Shown here piece by piece: positions 19,228 through 29,250 of a DNA stretch of 64,000 nucleotides. Every line of letters starts with the position of its first letter. Within the stretch, counting starts at the first letter, position 1. The notes below the pieces were generated by a model, which was given only the letters and a program-made list of their open reading frames with translations, searched no databases and was not told where the DNA came from. This stretch comes from Chlamydiales bacterium (GTDB lineage: Bacteria > Chlamydiota > Chlamydiia > Chlamydiales > JAAKFR01): positions 45-64,044 of the forward strand of contig JAFIGI010000025.1 in the NCBI GenBank assembly GCA_020831465.1, given 5' to 3'. The translations under genes were made by a program, and so were the position numbers.

Positions 19228-19964
19228 TGACGTTCTTGTATCTCTTTCCAAATCAATTTTTTCGCAAGCGATATGGGAGTCAGTAAGACAGAGAGGCGGT
19301 AAAACCAGTTAATGGTCCGTTTCTCTTGCCTTTTTTCAATTTGCTTCCATATCTCCCGAGCAGCAAACTCGGGGGTCATGACGACGCCGCGTACGTTCAC
19401 ATGTTTTCCGGCAGCCCGGTCGGCGAAGCGCGTACTAACCATGCCGGGGCAGCTGACCAGAACATGGACTCCCTTCGGGGAGAGCTCAGTATTGAGTGTG
19501 CGTGAAAAATTGGTCAGGCACGCCTTAGCGGGGCCGTAAAGGCCCATCCCGGGGGAACAAAAATCGCCTGCGATCGAAGAGACGTTGAGTATCACCCCCC
19601 TTTTTTTCGCCGCTACCAAGGCATGCGCCGCGCGAAGGGTCAATTCTATAGGAGCAACGGCATTTACCTCAAGGATCGCCATCTGCTTCTCTACAGGAAT
19701 CGAGAGCGCCTCTCCATACATCCCATAGCCCGCGCTATTCACAAGAAGGTCGGGAATTTCCCGCTCCACAGTCTCAATTAAACGAGAGAGTCCTGCTTTT
19801 TCTGCAAGGTCGGCCGCTACCCACTCTGCATCGAGTTTTTTCCCCAATTCGCGAAGGCGCTCTTCGTTTCTTCCTGATAAGATCAATCGATATCCCTTGG
19901 AAGCCAACAGATGGGCAAGTCCTTCGCCAATCCCTGATGTGGCTCCGGTTATAAGAGCTTTCAT
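19224..19964 (-). CDS. SDR family oxidoreductase
   Basis: TGATSGIG, NSAG, YGPAK. Confidence 0.92.
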   Translation of the reverse strand: MKALITGATSGIGEGLAHLLASKGYRLILSGRNEERLRELGKKLDAEWVAADLAEKAGLSRLIETVEREIPDLLVNSAGYGMYGEALSIPVEKQMAILEVNAVAPIELTLRAAHALVAAKKRGVILNVSSIAGDFCSPGMGLYGPAKACLTNFSRTLNTELSPKGVHVLVSCPGMVSTRFADRAAGKHVNVRGVVMTPEFAAREIWKQIEKRQEKRTINWFYRLSVLLTPISLAKKLIWKEIQERQ

Positions 19965-22150
19965 CCCTCTTCTCCCGGATGATGGGTGGGATATTTTACC
20001 CGCGGGTGGCTGGCAGCAAGAAGCGTTTTAACTAGAGTCGTTTTGACAATTCCAAGCTCCTCAAAGGTAAGGAGTGACTCGTCGAATTGCCCATCCTCCA
20101 TTTTTTGGGCGATCAGCGTCTCGACAAGATCGGTCACCGTCTCTTCGTTAAAGAGATCAAGACAACGCGAAGCAGCTTCGAGCGTATCGGCAATCATGAT
20201 AATCGTCGACTCTTTCGTACGCGGCTTAGGTCCGCTATAACGGAAATCGTTCTCATCAACTTTGCTCTTGTCGCCCTCCATTAGCTCTATTTGTTTGTGG
20301 TAGAAATAGTAGACGAGGGTGGTGCCGTGGTGTTCCTTGATGATGTCGATAAACTGCTCGGGGAGGCCGACTTTACGGGCCAGAGCGACGCCCTCGCTGA
20401 CATGGGCGATAATCACCTGGGTCGATTCGAGCGGAGTGAGAAGCTGGTGCATATCCATGCCACCCAGCTGATTTTCGGTAAAGTATTGGGGATTGGCGAG
20501 CTTGCCGATATCGTGGTATTGAGTTGAGACCCGGCAAAAAAGGCCGTTCGCTCCAATCGCTGAAGCAGCAGCTTCGGAGAGATGTCCGACAACCATCGAG
20601 TGTTGGTAGGTTCCTGGTGCTTCGATGGTGAGGCGGCGCAAAAGCTCATTGCTGGGGTCCATAAACTCCATCAATGTGATGTCAGTCATTATTTGGAATG
20701 TCGACTCCAAAATCGGGAGCAGTCCAACAACCAATATGGCCGTCATCCCCATAAAAAAGAAGGTGCTTGTAAGATCTCCGATAAAGTTGAGGGTAAGGGT
20801 CGTATTTTCATACAAGTTGAAGGATAGAATGACGAGGACGCTTGCAAGCCATGCTTTGGCGCAGACGATAAAAACTTCTTTGCGGCGGCGGATGCGGCGT
20901 GCCATCAGAATGACCGTCATCGCGGTTAAAAGGTTGAGGACTAAAAAAGGGGTACAATCCACAGCGAGAGCCATCACATAAACAATCGATAAGAAAACCG
21001 AGGCGAAGGCGCTGATTCGGACACTCATCAGGCTTGTCAAAAGAAGCGCGGAAAAAGGCACAAAAAGTGGAAATCGGACCAAATCGAGAATAGGCGAGGT
21101 CGTTTGAATCAGAAACAACTCTACCCCTTTAGCAAGAAGAAGAGAGAGAATGAGGATTGTCGCAAGCAGCGCGAGCTTTCGGTTAGAATGAAAGATTTCC
21201 CTATGGTTTTCGGCAAGATAGATTCCGGCGACCCCGACAAGGAGCAGGGTCATCAATAAGGTGCCCCCGATCGTAAAGGGATCGAGCAGATTCCGTTTCT
21301 GGTCCAAACCCTCTTTCATCGCCTGAAGCATCGCAATGTGGCGTGACGTGACTTTTTCCCCTTGATCGATCAGCCGGTCGCCTGCCCGGACCCGAGTGTA
21401 TTTTTCCGGAATTCCTTTTTGGGCGAGTTTGCGCAACGTGTACTCAACCCCTTGATCAACTTCAAACTCCCATCTAACGGGTTCAAAATAGTTAAGAATG
21501 AATTTTGATACTGAAGGAGGGATATCGGCATCGGTAAATCTACGTTTTGAAAATCGGGACCAGAAGGGAAGAGGAAGACGTCCTGAAAGATCGGGTGGAA
21601 TATAAGGGTAAAAGTCATGGCGGGGAAGAGGAAGCTCTTCTTCCGGAAGTTCTTCGATCTGCTGGATGGTTTTGACATCGGTAAAGCGCGTTTGTCCAAG
21701 CCCGTCGGCGATGAGGCTGAGTGCAAGTGCAACATCTTCGAAGCCGCTCTCCTTGCTTAACTCCTCCCACCTTTTCATCCCCGTTTCATCGCGCGTAATA
21801 AATTTTTGAAAGTCAGTCGCCTTTTCGTGGATTTGCTGATCTTTGATTCGGTAAACCGTCCCGATTTCATGCGCCGCTTCCTGCTTAAGGATAATGGTGG
21901 CCTCTTCGTCAGGGAAGGCAAAGTCGATTTGGGCAACAACATAGCGGCCCGCTTCGCTGCTCAGTTCGAGTTTATCTATATAGGTCTCGCGAAAATGAAG
22001 AAAAAAGAAGAGGCAAAGGGCAAAAAAGCCCCCGATCAGAAGGCGGATTGTTAAGCTTTTATCGAAATAACTCTGGGCTCTTGAGAAACGGAGCTCATTC
22101 AAGTCCTCCTCCTCTTGGGCCTCTCCGCTCTCTGAAGAATTGTCGTCCAT
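19961..22150 (-). CDS. 7TM-HD family phosphohydrolase (PgpH-like)
   Basis: TM, extracytoplasmic domain, 7TM, then APGTYQHS, YHDIGK, EHHGT, IADTLEAASR. Confidence 0.9.
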   Translation of the reverse strand: MDDNSSESGEAQEEEDLNELRFSRAQSYFDKSLTIRLLIGGFFALCLFFFLHFRETYIDKLELSSEAGRYVVAQIDFAFPDEEATIILKQEAAHEIGTVYRIKDQQIHEKATDFQKFITRDETGMKRWEELSKESGFEDVALALSLIADGLGQTRFTDVKTIQQIEELPEEELPLPRHDFYPYIPPDLSGRLPLPFWSRFSKRRFTDADIPPSVSKFILNYFEPVRWEFEVDQGVEYTLRKLAQKGIPEKYTRVRAGDRLIDQGEKVTSRHIAMLQAMKEGLDQKRNLLDPFTIGGTLLMTLLLVGVAGIYLAENHREIFHSNRKLALLATILILSLLLAKGVELFLIQTTSPILDLVRFPLFVPFSALLLTSLMSVRISAFASVFLSIVYVMALAVDCTPFLVLNLLTAMTVILMARRIRRRKEVFIVCAKAWLASVLVILSFNLYENTTLTLNFIGDLTSTFFFMGMTAILVVGLLPILESTFQIMTDITLMEFMDPSNELLRRLTIEAPGTYQHSMVVGHLSEAAASAIGANGLFCRVSTQYHDIGKLANPQYFTENQLGGMDMHQLLTPLESTQVIIAHVSEGVALARKVGLPEQFIDIIKEHHGTTLVYYFYHKQIELMEGDKSKVDENDFRYSGPKPRTKESTIIMIADTLEAASRCLDLFNEETVTDLVETLIAQKMEDGQFDESLLTFEELGIVKTTLVKTLLAASHPRVKYPTHHPGEEG

Positions 22151-22210
22151 TTAGCTTTGTATCACCTTTTCTCCCTTAAGGATAGGAAATCGGTATTATT
22201 TAAGCAAATA

Positions 22211-22239
22211 TTGCAAACGGCTCCTATTTCAAGTATACT
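22211..22239 (+). promoter_or_regulatory. Sigma66/sigma70-type promoter of dnaX
   Basis: TTGCAA-N17-TATACT, 9 nt before the ATG. Confidence 0.6.
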
Positions 22240-22248
22240 ATTTCTAGT

Positions 22249-23577
22249 ATGTCAGAGTATCAAGTTTTAGCTCGAAAATACCGGCCGCAGCGATTCGGAG
22301 AGGTCGTCGGCCAGGAGCCTGTTGTCTCGACGTTGATCAATGCGATCCGCATGAAGCGCACAGCGCACGCCTATCTCTTTTGCGGCTGCCGAGGGACAGG
22401 AAAGACCACTTTGGCGCGCTTATTTGCGAAAGCCCTCAATTGCCGCTCCCTTTCAGAGAGCGGTGAACCATGCAATGCCTGCCCCTCTTGCAAAGAGATC
22501 GCCGCGGGACACGCAATGGATGTGCTGGAGATCGACGGCGCTTCACACCGAGGAATCGAGGATATCCGGCAGATCAACGAGACGATTGGATTCACCCCGA
22601 CAAGCGGAAAATACAAAATTTACTTGATAGACGAAGTGCATATGTTGACAAAAGAGGCATTCAACGCCCTTTTGAAGACGCTAGAAGAGCCTCCCGCTCA
22701 CGCTAAATTCTTTTTTGCAACGACCGAAGCGCACAAAATTCCGGCGACGATCGTGAGCCGCTGTCAGCGGTTCAACTTGGGGCGGATCCCATTTGAGAAG
22801 ATGTGTGCGAAACTGGCCGAAATCGCAGCCGACTTGGAGCTTGAGGTCGAAGAGGAGGCCCTCTCTACAATTGCGGAGCTAGGCGAGGGAAGCTTGCGCG
22901 ATGCACAATCGCTTTTCGACCGGGTTATTACCTATCAAAAAACGCCGATCACACAGAACGTCGTCATCGACGTGCTGGGACTTCCTTCCCGTGAGACTCT
23001 CTTTTCTCTTGATGAGGCGGGCAACAAAGGCGATTTGGCGGCGGCTTTCCGGATTGCCGAAGAGGTATTCGCCTCAGGCAAAAATATCGGATTTTTCCTC
23101 GAAGAGTTAATCCGGCATTTCCGCACCCTCTTCTTATTGAAGAACGGCTCTTCGTTACAAGGGCGCGATCAAAAACGGTACCAAGTTTCCGTCGCTTTTT
23201 ATCGAAACGACCAATTGCTTGAGATTTTGGAGCTGCTCACGGAAGCGGGACAAAACTTAAAGTTTGCCGCCTCCGAAAAAACGGCGTTGGAAATGCTGCT
23301 TTTGCGGATTTTGCGCTCCCATCAGCGGATCTCGCTCGATCACTTGGTCGAACGGCTCATCGCTCTGGAATCCCGTGTCTTGAAAGAGAAGCCGGTCAAA
23401 CCAGCTCAACCCCCAGCGCCGCCTACGCCGCCGCGGCCCAACCCTCAACCGCCTCCTCCTCCCCCGATGCCTCCCTCTCCCCCTTCCAAACCGCCCTCAG
23501 TCAAGGAGCAGAGCCATTTCGATACATTGATGCGATTCGCGGCGAAAGAGCTAAACGGAGCATTTAAAAAGGAGTAA
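22249..23577 (+). CDS. dnaX: DNA polymerase III subunit gamma/tau
   Basis: ARKYRP, GCRGTGKTT, IDEVHML, SRCQRF. Confidence 0.97.
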   Translation: MSEYQVLARKYRPQRFGEVVGQEPVVSTLINAIRMKRTAHAYLFCGCRGTGKTTLARLFAKALNCRSLSESGEPCNACPSCKEIAAGHAMDVLEIDGASHRGIEDIRQINETIGFTPTSGKYKIYLIDEVHMLTKEAFNALLKTLEEPPAHAKFFFATTEAHKIPATIVSRCQRFNLGRIPFEKMCAKLAEIAADLELEVEEEALSTIAELGEGSLRDAQSLFDRVITYQKTPITQNVVIDVLGLPSRETLFSLDEAGNKGDLAAAFRIAEEVFASGKNIGFFLEELIRHFRTLFLLKNGSSLQGRDQKRYQVSVAFYRNDQLLEILELLTEAGQNLKFAASEKTALEMLLLRILRSHQRISLDHLVERLIALESRVLKEKPVKPAQPPAPPTPPRPNPQPPPPPPMPPSPPSKPPSVKEQSHFDTLMRFAAKELNGAFKKE

Positions 23578-23584
23578 AAAAATT

Positions 23585-23902
23585 ATGGGTAGCGGATACG
23601 CCAAAAAGAAAAAAGAAGCCAAGATGCTTCAGAAAAAGTTTGAAGAAATGCAGGAGAAGCTCAAAGACGAACGAGCCGAGGGGAGCGCCGGCAACGGTCT
23701 TGTGAGTGTGACGTTGAATGGGGAACATGAGATGATCGACATCAAAATCAAACCTGAGTGTGTCGATCCGGATGATGTGGAAGGGTTGGAAGATTTGGTC
23801 CGCGCCGCCTACAACGAAGCATCCAAGAAGCTTGAAAAGAGCTCTTCAAGCAGCCTTGGTCTCCCAAGTCTGCCGGGCGGCTTACCGGGATTCGGTTTTT
23901 AA
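23585..23902 (+). CDS. ybaB: YbaB/EbfC nucleoid-associated protein
   Basis: GSAGNGLVSV, DPDDVEGLEDLV; follows dnaX. Confidence 0.93.
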   Translation: MGSGYAKKKKEAKMLQKKFEEMQEKLKDERAEGSAGNGLVSVTLNGEHEMIDIKIKPECVDPDDVEGLEDLVRAAYNEASKKLEKSSSSSLGLPSLPGGLPGFGF

Positions 23903-25647
23903 TCTGCGAGCAATTTTTTGTAGGCCTCTTCCAAGAGTAGTTCGACTTCAATTGCCGTTGAAAGCAGCAGAGCATGCTCAGCTATTGTATGTGCATCAAT
24001 GATCGATAGGCGGCGGATCACGTTTTTTACAACAGGCAGCGAGGGAGAGGAGACCGAGAGGTCATGGACGCCCAGCCCCAACAGCAAGGGAGTATAACGA
24101 GGATCAGCCGCAATCTCTCCACAGACTGAAACACTTTTTTTTGCTCGGGTTCCTTCGTCAACAACTAGCTTGATCAAGCGCAAAATGCTCGGGTGAGCAG
24201 GAGTATAGAGGTAACTCATTCCAGGATTACCTCGGTCGACAGCAAGAGAATATTGCACAAGGTCGTTTGTTCCGATCGAAAGAAAGTCGCACTCTTTAAC
24301 CAAAATATCGCAAGTAATGGCGGCTGATGGGACTTCAATCATGCAGCCAATTGGAATGTTGCGCGCAAAAGGAACTCCCTTCTCAAGCAATTCCTGTTTT
24401 GCCTCTTCTACGACTCCTTTGGCTTCGCGGAGTTCAAGAACCCCCGAGATCATGGGAAAAAGAATACTCACTTCTCCAAATGCGCTTGCGCGCAAGATCG
24501 CCCTAATCTGTGTTTTAAAAACTGTGCGCTCCTTCAACATCAAACGAATCGCCCGGCAGCCGAGGTAAGGGTTCTTCTCGTAACGGCTCAGATGGAAGTT
24601 GCCAAGCTTGTCTCCTCCTATATCGAACGTGCGAATGACAGAGGGATGGCCGCCCACCTTCTCGACAATACTCCGATAGACAAGAAACTGCTCTTCTTCG
24701 GTAGGAAAGACCTCGCGCGCCAAAAAGAGGTATTCGGAACGGAAAAGCCCGACTCCCTCTCCGCCATATTGATGAAGGGTATCCAGTTCGTTAAACATCT
24801 CGATATTGGCTGATAGGCATGTCTTGTAACCGTCGAGGGTTTCTGCTTCGAGCATGCCCGATTGTTTGAGACCCTTAACATGTATTTTCAATTTCTTACC
24901 CTCTTCGCGATAAAGAAGGAGTGTCTCTTTCCCTGGGTTGATGACCACTTCGCCCGATCGTCCGTCTACTATCACTTGAGGAGGGGCGGAAATAGAGAAA
25001 TCGGGAAAGTCTACGTTGGAGACAAAGGGAATCCCTTTTGCGCGCGCCATAATCGCGACATGTGAAGTCTCCGCTCCGCTCCGTGTGACAAAGGCTTCAA
25101 TCACTTCAGTATTCGCTTCAGCCGTATCAGAGGGAGAGAGTTCATGGGCGAAAACAATCGACTTATAGTCGAGGTCGGCGAGTGTATAGCGCTCATGCTT
25201 GCGCAGATGGCCAATAATCCGCCGAGAGATATCTTGGAAATCTTTTAGCCTTTCGCGGAAAAACTCATCGGAGATTTTGCGGAATTTTTCCTCATACTCA
25301 CCAATTGCCGTCTTGAATACATACTCAGTATTCTTCCCTTTCTGACGAATAGCCTCTTCCATCTGAACGGTCATAAAGGGGTCATGCATTATTTCTAGAT
25401 GCGATCCCAAAATGGCTGCAGCTTCGCTGCCTCCCTCTTTTTGCAAGCGTTTTTGAAGGGAGAGAAGATCTTTACGGGAGTTTTTTAAGGCACTGTAATA
25501 GCGATCGACCTCGCGATCAATCTGATCATCCGGGACGGAAAATTCGGGGATATTCTCCTCAGCGACAGCGAAATAAAAGGGACGTCCGATTGCGATCCCG
25601 GGGCATATGGGATATCCTTGCAGTCGGATCTCTTTTTTCTTGTTCAT
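23899..25647 (-). CDS. ptsI: PTS enzyme I
   Basis: TSHVAIMAR, GLFRSE, RTFDIGGDK, MIEVP, SIGTNDL. Confidence 0.96.
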   Translation of the reverse strand: MNKKKEIRLQGYPICPGIAIGRPFYFAVAEENIPEFSVPDDQIDREVDRYYSALKNSRKDLLSLQKRLQKEGGSEAAAILGSHLEIMHDPFMTVQMEEAIRQKGKNTEYVFKTAIGEYEEKFRKISDEFFRERLKDFQDISRRIIGHLRKHERYTLADLDYKSIVFAHELSPSDTAEANTEVIEAFVTRSGAETSHVAIMARAKGIPFVSNVDFPDFSISAPPQVIVDGRSGEVVINPGKETLLLYREEGKKLKIHVKGLKQSGMLEAETLDGYKTCLSANIEMFNELDTLHQYGGEGVGLFRSEYLFLAREVFPTEEEQFLVYRSIVEKVGGHPSVIRTFDIGGDKLGNFHLSRYEKNPYLGCRAIRLMLKERTVFKTQIRAILRASAFGEVSILFPMISGVLELREAKGVVEEAKQELLEKGVPFARNIPIGCMIEVPSAAITCDILVKECDFLSIGTNDLVQYSLAVDRGNPGMSYLYTPAHPSILRLIKLVVDEGTRAKKSVSVCGEIAADPRYTPLLLGLGVHDLSVSSPSLPVVKNVIRRLSIIDAHTIAEHALLLSTAIEVELLLEEAYKKLLAD

Positions 25648-25931
25648 TTGTTAAAATCCTCCCCAAACCGGCTCTCAAAACTCTCGACTAATCGATCCAT
25701 CGTCTCTTGAGCATCCACACCGGTAACGGTAATGGTAATCAAGGCGTTTTTTTGAGCGGCGAGCATTAGGATATTTAAAATACTGCGTGCATCGATCGTC
25801 TCTTTTTTATGTTTAAAGGTCACGGTGCTTTTGCAGTCCTGCAACAGTTTGACGATAAGGGTAGCAGGACGCGTATGCAAACCGAGTTCATTGACTACGC
25901 GCACTTTTTTTTTCAGCGTTTGTGTACTCAT
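25644..25931 (-). CDS. ptsH: HPr phosphocarrier (start probably MSTQ at 25931)
   Basis: GLHTRPA, DARSIL. Confidence 0.93.
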   Translation of the reverse strand: MSTQTLKKKVRVVNELGLHTRPATLIVKLLQDCKSTVTFKHKKETIDARSILNILMLAAQKNALITITVTGVDAQETMDRLVESFESRFGEDFNK

Positions 25932-26878
25932 GATCGCACTCTCCCCCATTTGGCCCCCTTACGGTCGATCGCGTCGAGCAGCTTGGCATTATATTCTTTC
26001 GCGGAATGGTATCCCATCTTTTTCAAACGGTGATTCAGGGCAATGGTTTCGAGAAGAAGGACTACATCGCGCCCAGGTTTAACAGGAAGAAGATGATGCG
26101 GAACATCGACTCCTAAAATTGTTACAGTTTTTTCCTCAATTCCGACACGATCGTAGAAGTGGTTATCATCCCATAATTCCAACTTCACGACAATATCAAG
26201 ACTTTTCTTTTCCCGCACGCAAACAGCTCCATATAGATGTGCGACATTAATGATTCCTATCCCCCGGATCTCCATATGATGACGCGAAAGCTCGGCCCCG
26301 AATCCTTCGAGTCCTCCCTCTCGCAGTCGAACTTTTACGAGGTCGTCGGAGATAAGGCGGTGTCCGCGTTCTATCAGTCCGAGAGCCGTTTCGCTCTTTC
26401 CTACTGAAGAGTCACCCTCGATTAAGACACCAACCCCAAACACCTCAACAAGAGAGCCGTGGCAGGATATCGAAGGGGCGAATTCATCGGCTAGGAGAAG
26501 CGTGAGCTTGCTCATCAATTTCATTGTCGTCATTTTCGCACGAAAGAGAGGGATTTCTCTCTCTTGGCAGAGCTGAAGTAGTTCTTTTGGCGGACGGTAG
26601 CGCCGCGCGATGATCACGGCCGGCGTTTTATCGGTTAAAATCGGTTTTAAACGGGATAGGCGTAAATGACTCGCCAGATCGCGCAAATATTCGACTTCAA
26701 CCTTCCCAAAGATAAGTATCCTCTTTTTTGCGTGATGTTTAAGATATCCTGTCAAACTAAGTCCGGGACGCTCTACTTCAGGAACAAAGATTTTTCTATC
26801 GATCCCTTCTCCACCCGCAACGAGTTCGAGCTCTAACAGCTCGCAGTGTTCTTGAAAGAGATCTTTTACCGAGTACAT
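25928..26878 (-). CDS. hprK: HPr kinase/phosphorylase (start MYSVK at 26878, coupled TAATG)
   Basis: HGSLV, GDSSVGKSE, LISDD, MEIRGIGII. Confidence 0.96.
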   Translation of the reverse strand: MYSVKDLFQEHCELLELELVAGGEGIDRKIFVPEVERPGLSLTGYLKHHAKKRILIFGKVEVEYLRDLASHLRLSRLKPILTDKTPAVIIARRYRPPKELLQLCQEREIPLFRAKMTTMKLMSKLTLLLADEFAPSISCHGSLVEVFGVGVLIEGDSSVGKSETALGLIERGHRLISDDLVKVRLREGGLEGFGAELSRHHMEIRGIGIINVAHLYGAVCVREKKSLDIVVKLELWDDNHFYDRVGIEEKTVTILGVDVPHHLLPVKPGRDVVLLLETIALNHRLKKMGYHSAKEYNAKLLDAIDRKGAKWGRVRS

Positions 26879-27690
26879 TAGATGTGCCAGATATCCTCTA
26901 AATAAAAAACAAGCCACCCCAGGAAAGTGGAGAAGGCAAGGTTTTCTTCCAGATGATTTCGGTCGAGAAAATTGCTGATTGTGCGGTCATGTTCAGAAAA
27001 ATAGAGGTTCCCCATCTCTTCTTCCGGATGCCAATCGGCATAAAAACATTGATAGCAATGAAGGCCGAATGATTCGTAAAAAGGGATCAGGCTTGAAGGA
27101 TCGATTCCCTGTCCATCGGGACGCACTAGAATTTCCTCGGCAAGCAAGTGCTGCAGGTGTTGAAAAATCCGCGCCATATCGCGCGACTTAATCATTCCCG
27201 TATCCGTATATTTGCTGAAGCCGTCATGGACTTGTAAAAAGGCAAGATAATCGGGTGGAAAATGAATATGCGCAAACTGCTTGTAAAGATTATCAAGAGT
27301 GTGATTGTTAGCGGGAGGGCTTCCGTGGAAAAAACCCGTTGCATCCTTTAATCCGTAGACCATATGCACATCAAAAGGCTGGTCTGATTTCGCTTGAGTC
27401 ACAAATATTTCGATATCGTCAAGACTTTGAAAAAAGGTATCGAGCCTCTCTTCTAAATGACTCTCATTCGGCGAGATAAAGGGGAGTTTTGCTAACCAGA
27501 AAGCACGAGTGAACTCGATTCGGTCTTCGGTCGGTAGGCGGCTCAACTCGAACCACCCTCGCGGCAGGAGGGGAACCTTTTGGGAGAGCTCCTCCCAATC
27601 GAGATTGGGTTCGCGATGAAGCGCGATCACCTGATGAAAATGTGGGTTTCTTCCTTCACGTCCATAATATTCATGAAAATCTTCACTCAT
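26878..27690 (-). CDS. SMI1/KNR4-domain protein (CT338-like)
   Basis: FPPDYLAFLQVHDGF and C-terminal FSTFLGWL; chlamydial synteny. Confidence 0.75.
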   Translation of the reverse strand: MSEDFHEYYGREGRNPHFHQVIALHREPNLDWEELSQKVPLLPRGWFELSRLPTEDRIEFTRAFWLAKLPFISPNESHLEERLDTFFQSLDDIEIFVTQAKSDQPFDVHMVYGLKDATGFFHGSPPANNHTLDNLYKQFAHIHFPPDYLAFLQVHDGFSKYTDTGMIKSRDMARIFQHLQHLLAEEILVRPDGQGIDPSSLIPFYESFGLHCYQCFYADWHPEEEMGNLYFSEHDRTISNFLDRNHLEENLAFSTFLGWLVFYLEDIWHI

Positions 27691-27722
27691 AGAGGAGATG
27701 AGTATACAATTTCTGAAAAAAT

Positions 27723-29114
27723 ATGAAACAAGTTTGGATTCGGCATCCTGCGCTCATCTATGGGCTCTCGGTTCTTCTCGGGACTCTCTTCGTCCTTCAA
27801 TCTCCTTTAGCCCTTCTTCCCTTTCTCTTTCTTCTTAACAAGCGTCATGTCTTTAAAGTGACTCTGTTCTTTCTACTGACGATCGCCTACCTCTACCACG
27901 CCTACTCATTTCCTCCTTCCGGCTCTCTGGTCACAGGTCGGTTTCGTATCCAATCGGTAAGGGAGTCCAAGGGATTTACCGGAGGGTGGAGCTACAGGGG
28001 TGTGCTTAAAACGCAGAAGGGGCGGCTCTGCTGTTCAATCCATAGTAAGACCCACTTTGCTGCCGACCGCGCCTACACAATATCGGGAGTCGCTTTTTCC
28101 CAAGGGGGGCCTTATTATTCAATCAAAGGGTCGACTTGGGACCGGATAGAAAAGAGCTTCTCTCTCGCTGAATGGCGCTTCTTTGCAAAAAAATGGGTCA
28201 AGGACTATATCGAAAGGCACATAAAGCAAAAACGTTCCGCCCACTTTCTAACGGGAATGGTCACAGGCTCGCTCGAAGACCCCGTTATGCTTCAAGAATT
28301 TGGCACCTTGGGCCTCTCCCACATCATGGCAATTTCCGGATTCCATTTTGCTCTGCTGACACTCGCTTTCCACCTGCTTCTGCGCCTCTTTCTGCCTCCC
28401 AAAGCGGAAGCGCTTCTTCTCATGTTCGTCTTAACCGCCTATCTAATCTTCATTGGAGATAGCCCCTCTATCCAGCGCGCCTGGATCGCTGCCATGATCT
28501 TCCTGCTCGGCCAGCTTCTTGAACGCCCTCCACGTCCGCTCAACTCTTTAGGAGCTGCCCTGCTGACCGCCATTCTCCTTAACCCTCTCTCTGCGACCAC
28601 GCTCAGTTTTCAGCTCAGCTTTCTTGCCACAGCAGGCATCCTCGTTCTCTATGCCCCCCTCAACCGCCTCCTTCAACTCTGGCTTCCCATCCTTCCTTTA
28701 CAAGAAGCGCTTGAACGTCCATTACTCTGGCAGCATGCCTATTTAGCCTCACTCCTCATCCGAGAAGCGCTCTCTCTCTCAGCTGCCGTCCACCTCGCTC
28801 TGCTTCCCCTCCTCCTTTATTACTTCCACGCGATCTCACTTAATAGCCTTGTTTACAATCTCTTCTTTCCCTTCTGTTCGAGCATTGCCCTCTTTCTCTT
28901 TCTTCTTGGCATCCTCACAGGAGGACTTCTCCACCCTCTAAACGGTTGGTACTGTGAACGTTTACTGGCTCTCACGGAATCGCCTCCCCTTCTTTTCAAA
29001 ACCCTCTACATTGAAAATCTTTCTCCCTTACTAATAGTAATTTATATTACTTCACTCTTTATTTTGACGATTTGTTATAATAATTATTATGAGACGGCCT
29101 GCCGGAGAGAATAA
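27723..29114 (+). CDS. comEC: ComEC/Rec2 family competence protein, channel domain only
   Basis: GLSHIMAISGFH, SPSIQRA, SFQLSFLAT. Confidence 0.9.
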   Translation: MKQVWIRHPALIYGLSVLLGTLFVLQSPLALLPFLFLLNKRHVFKVTLFFLLTIAYLYHAYSFPPSGSLVTGRFRIQSVRESKGFTGGWSYRGVLKTQKGRLCCSIHSKTHFAADRAYTISGVAFSQGGPYYSIKGSTWDRIEKSFSLAEWRFFAKKWVKDYIERHIKQKRSAHFLTGMVTGSLEDPVMLQEFGTLGLSHIMAISGFHFALLTLAFHLLLRLFLPPKAEALLLMFVLTAYLIFIGDSPSIQRAWIAAMIFLLGQLLERPPRPLNSLGAALLTAILLNPLSATTLSFQLSFLATAGILVLYAPLNRLLQLWLPILPLQEALERPLLWQHAYLASLLIREALSLSAAVHLALLPLLLYYFHAISLNSLVYNLFFPFCSSIALFLFLLGILTGGLLHPLNGWYCERLLALTESPPLLFKTLYIENLSPLLIVIYITSLFILTICYNNYYETACRRE

Positions 29115-29166
29115 GAGAAGCGGAGGAGAAAAGCTTCCTAGCCCGTCGCGCGTTTTGAAGGGGGAT

Positions 29167-29207
29167 TATAGCAGAATCAGTTGAAAAATTTACATTTTCA
29201 TCGCGTC
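29167..29207. repeat. Single arm of a family-1 palindromic element
   Basis: TATAGCAGAATCAGTTGAAAAATTTACATTTTCATCGCGTC; 40/41 identical to the reverse complement of 17871-17911. Confidence 0.85.
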
Positions 29208-29250
29208 CATATAGAGTCGGAGAGTTCCAAAAGTGAATCATGAGAGCTCT

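Noticed and set aside
23395-23500. Proline-rich C-run in dnaX as a repeat element or frameshift signal
   Set aside because: Ordinary low-complexity tau linker; no A-AAA-AAG slippery site with a downstream hairpin was seen.
26878-27690. SMI1/KNR4 protein as the immunity gene of a toxin system
   Set aside because: No adjacent toxin; conserved core position upstream of hprK/ptsH.
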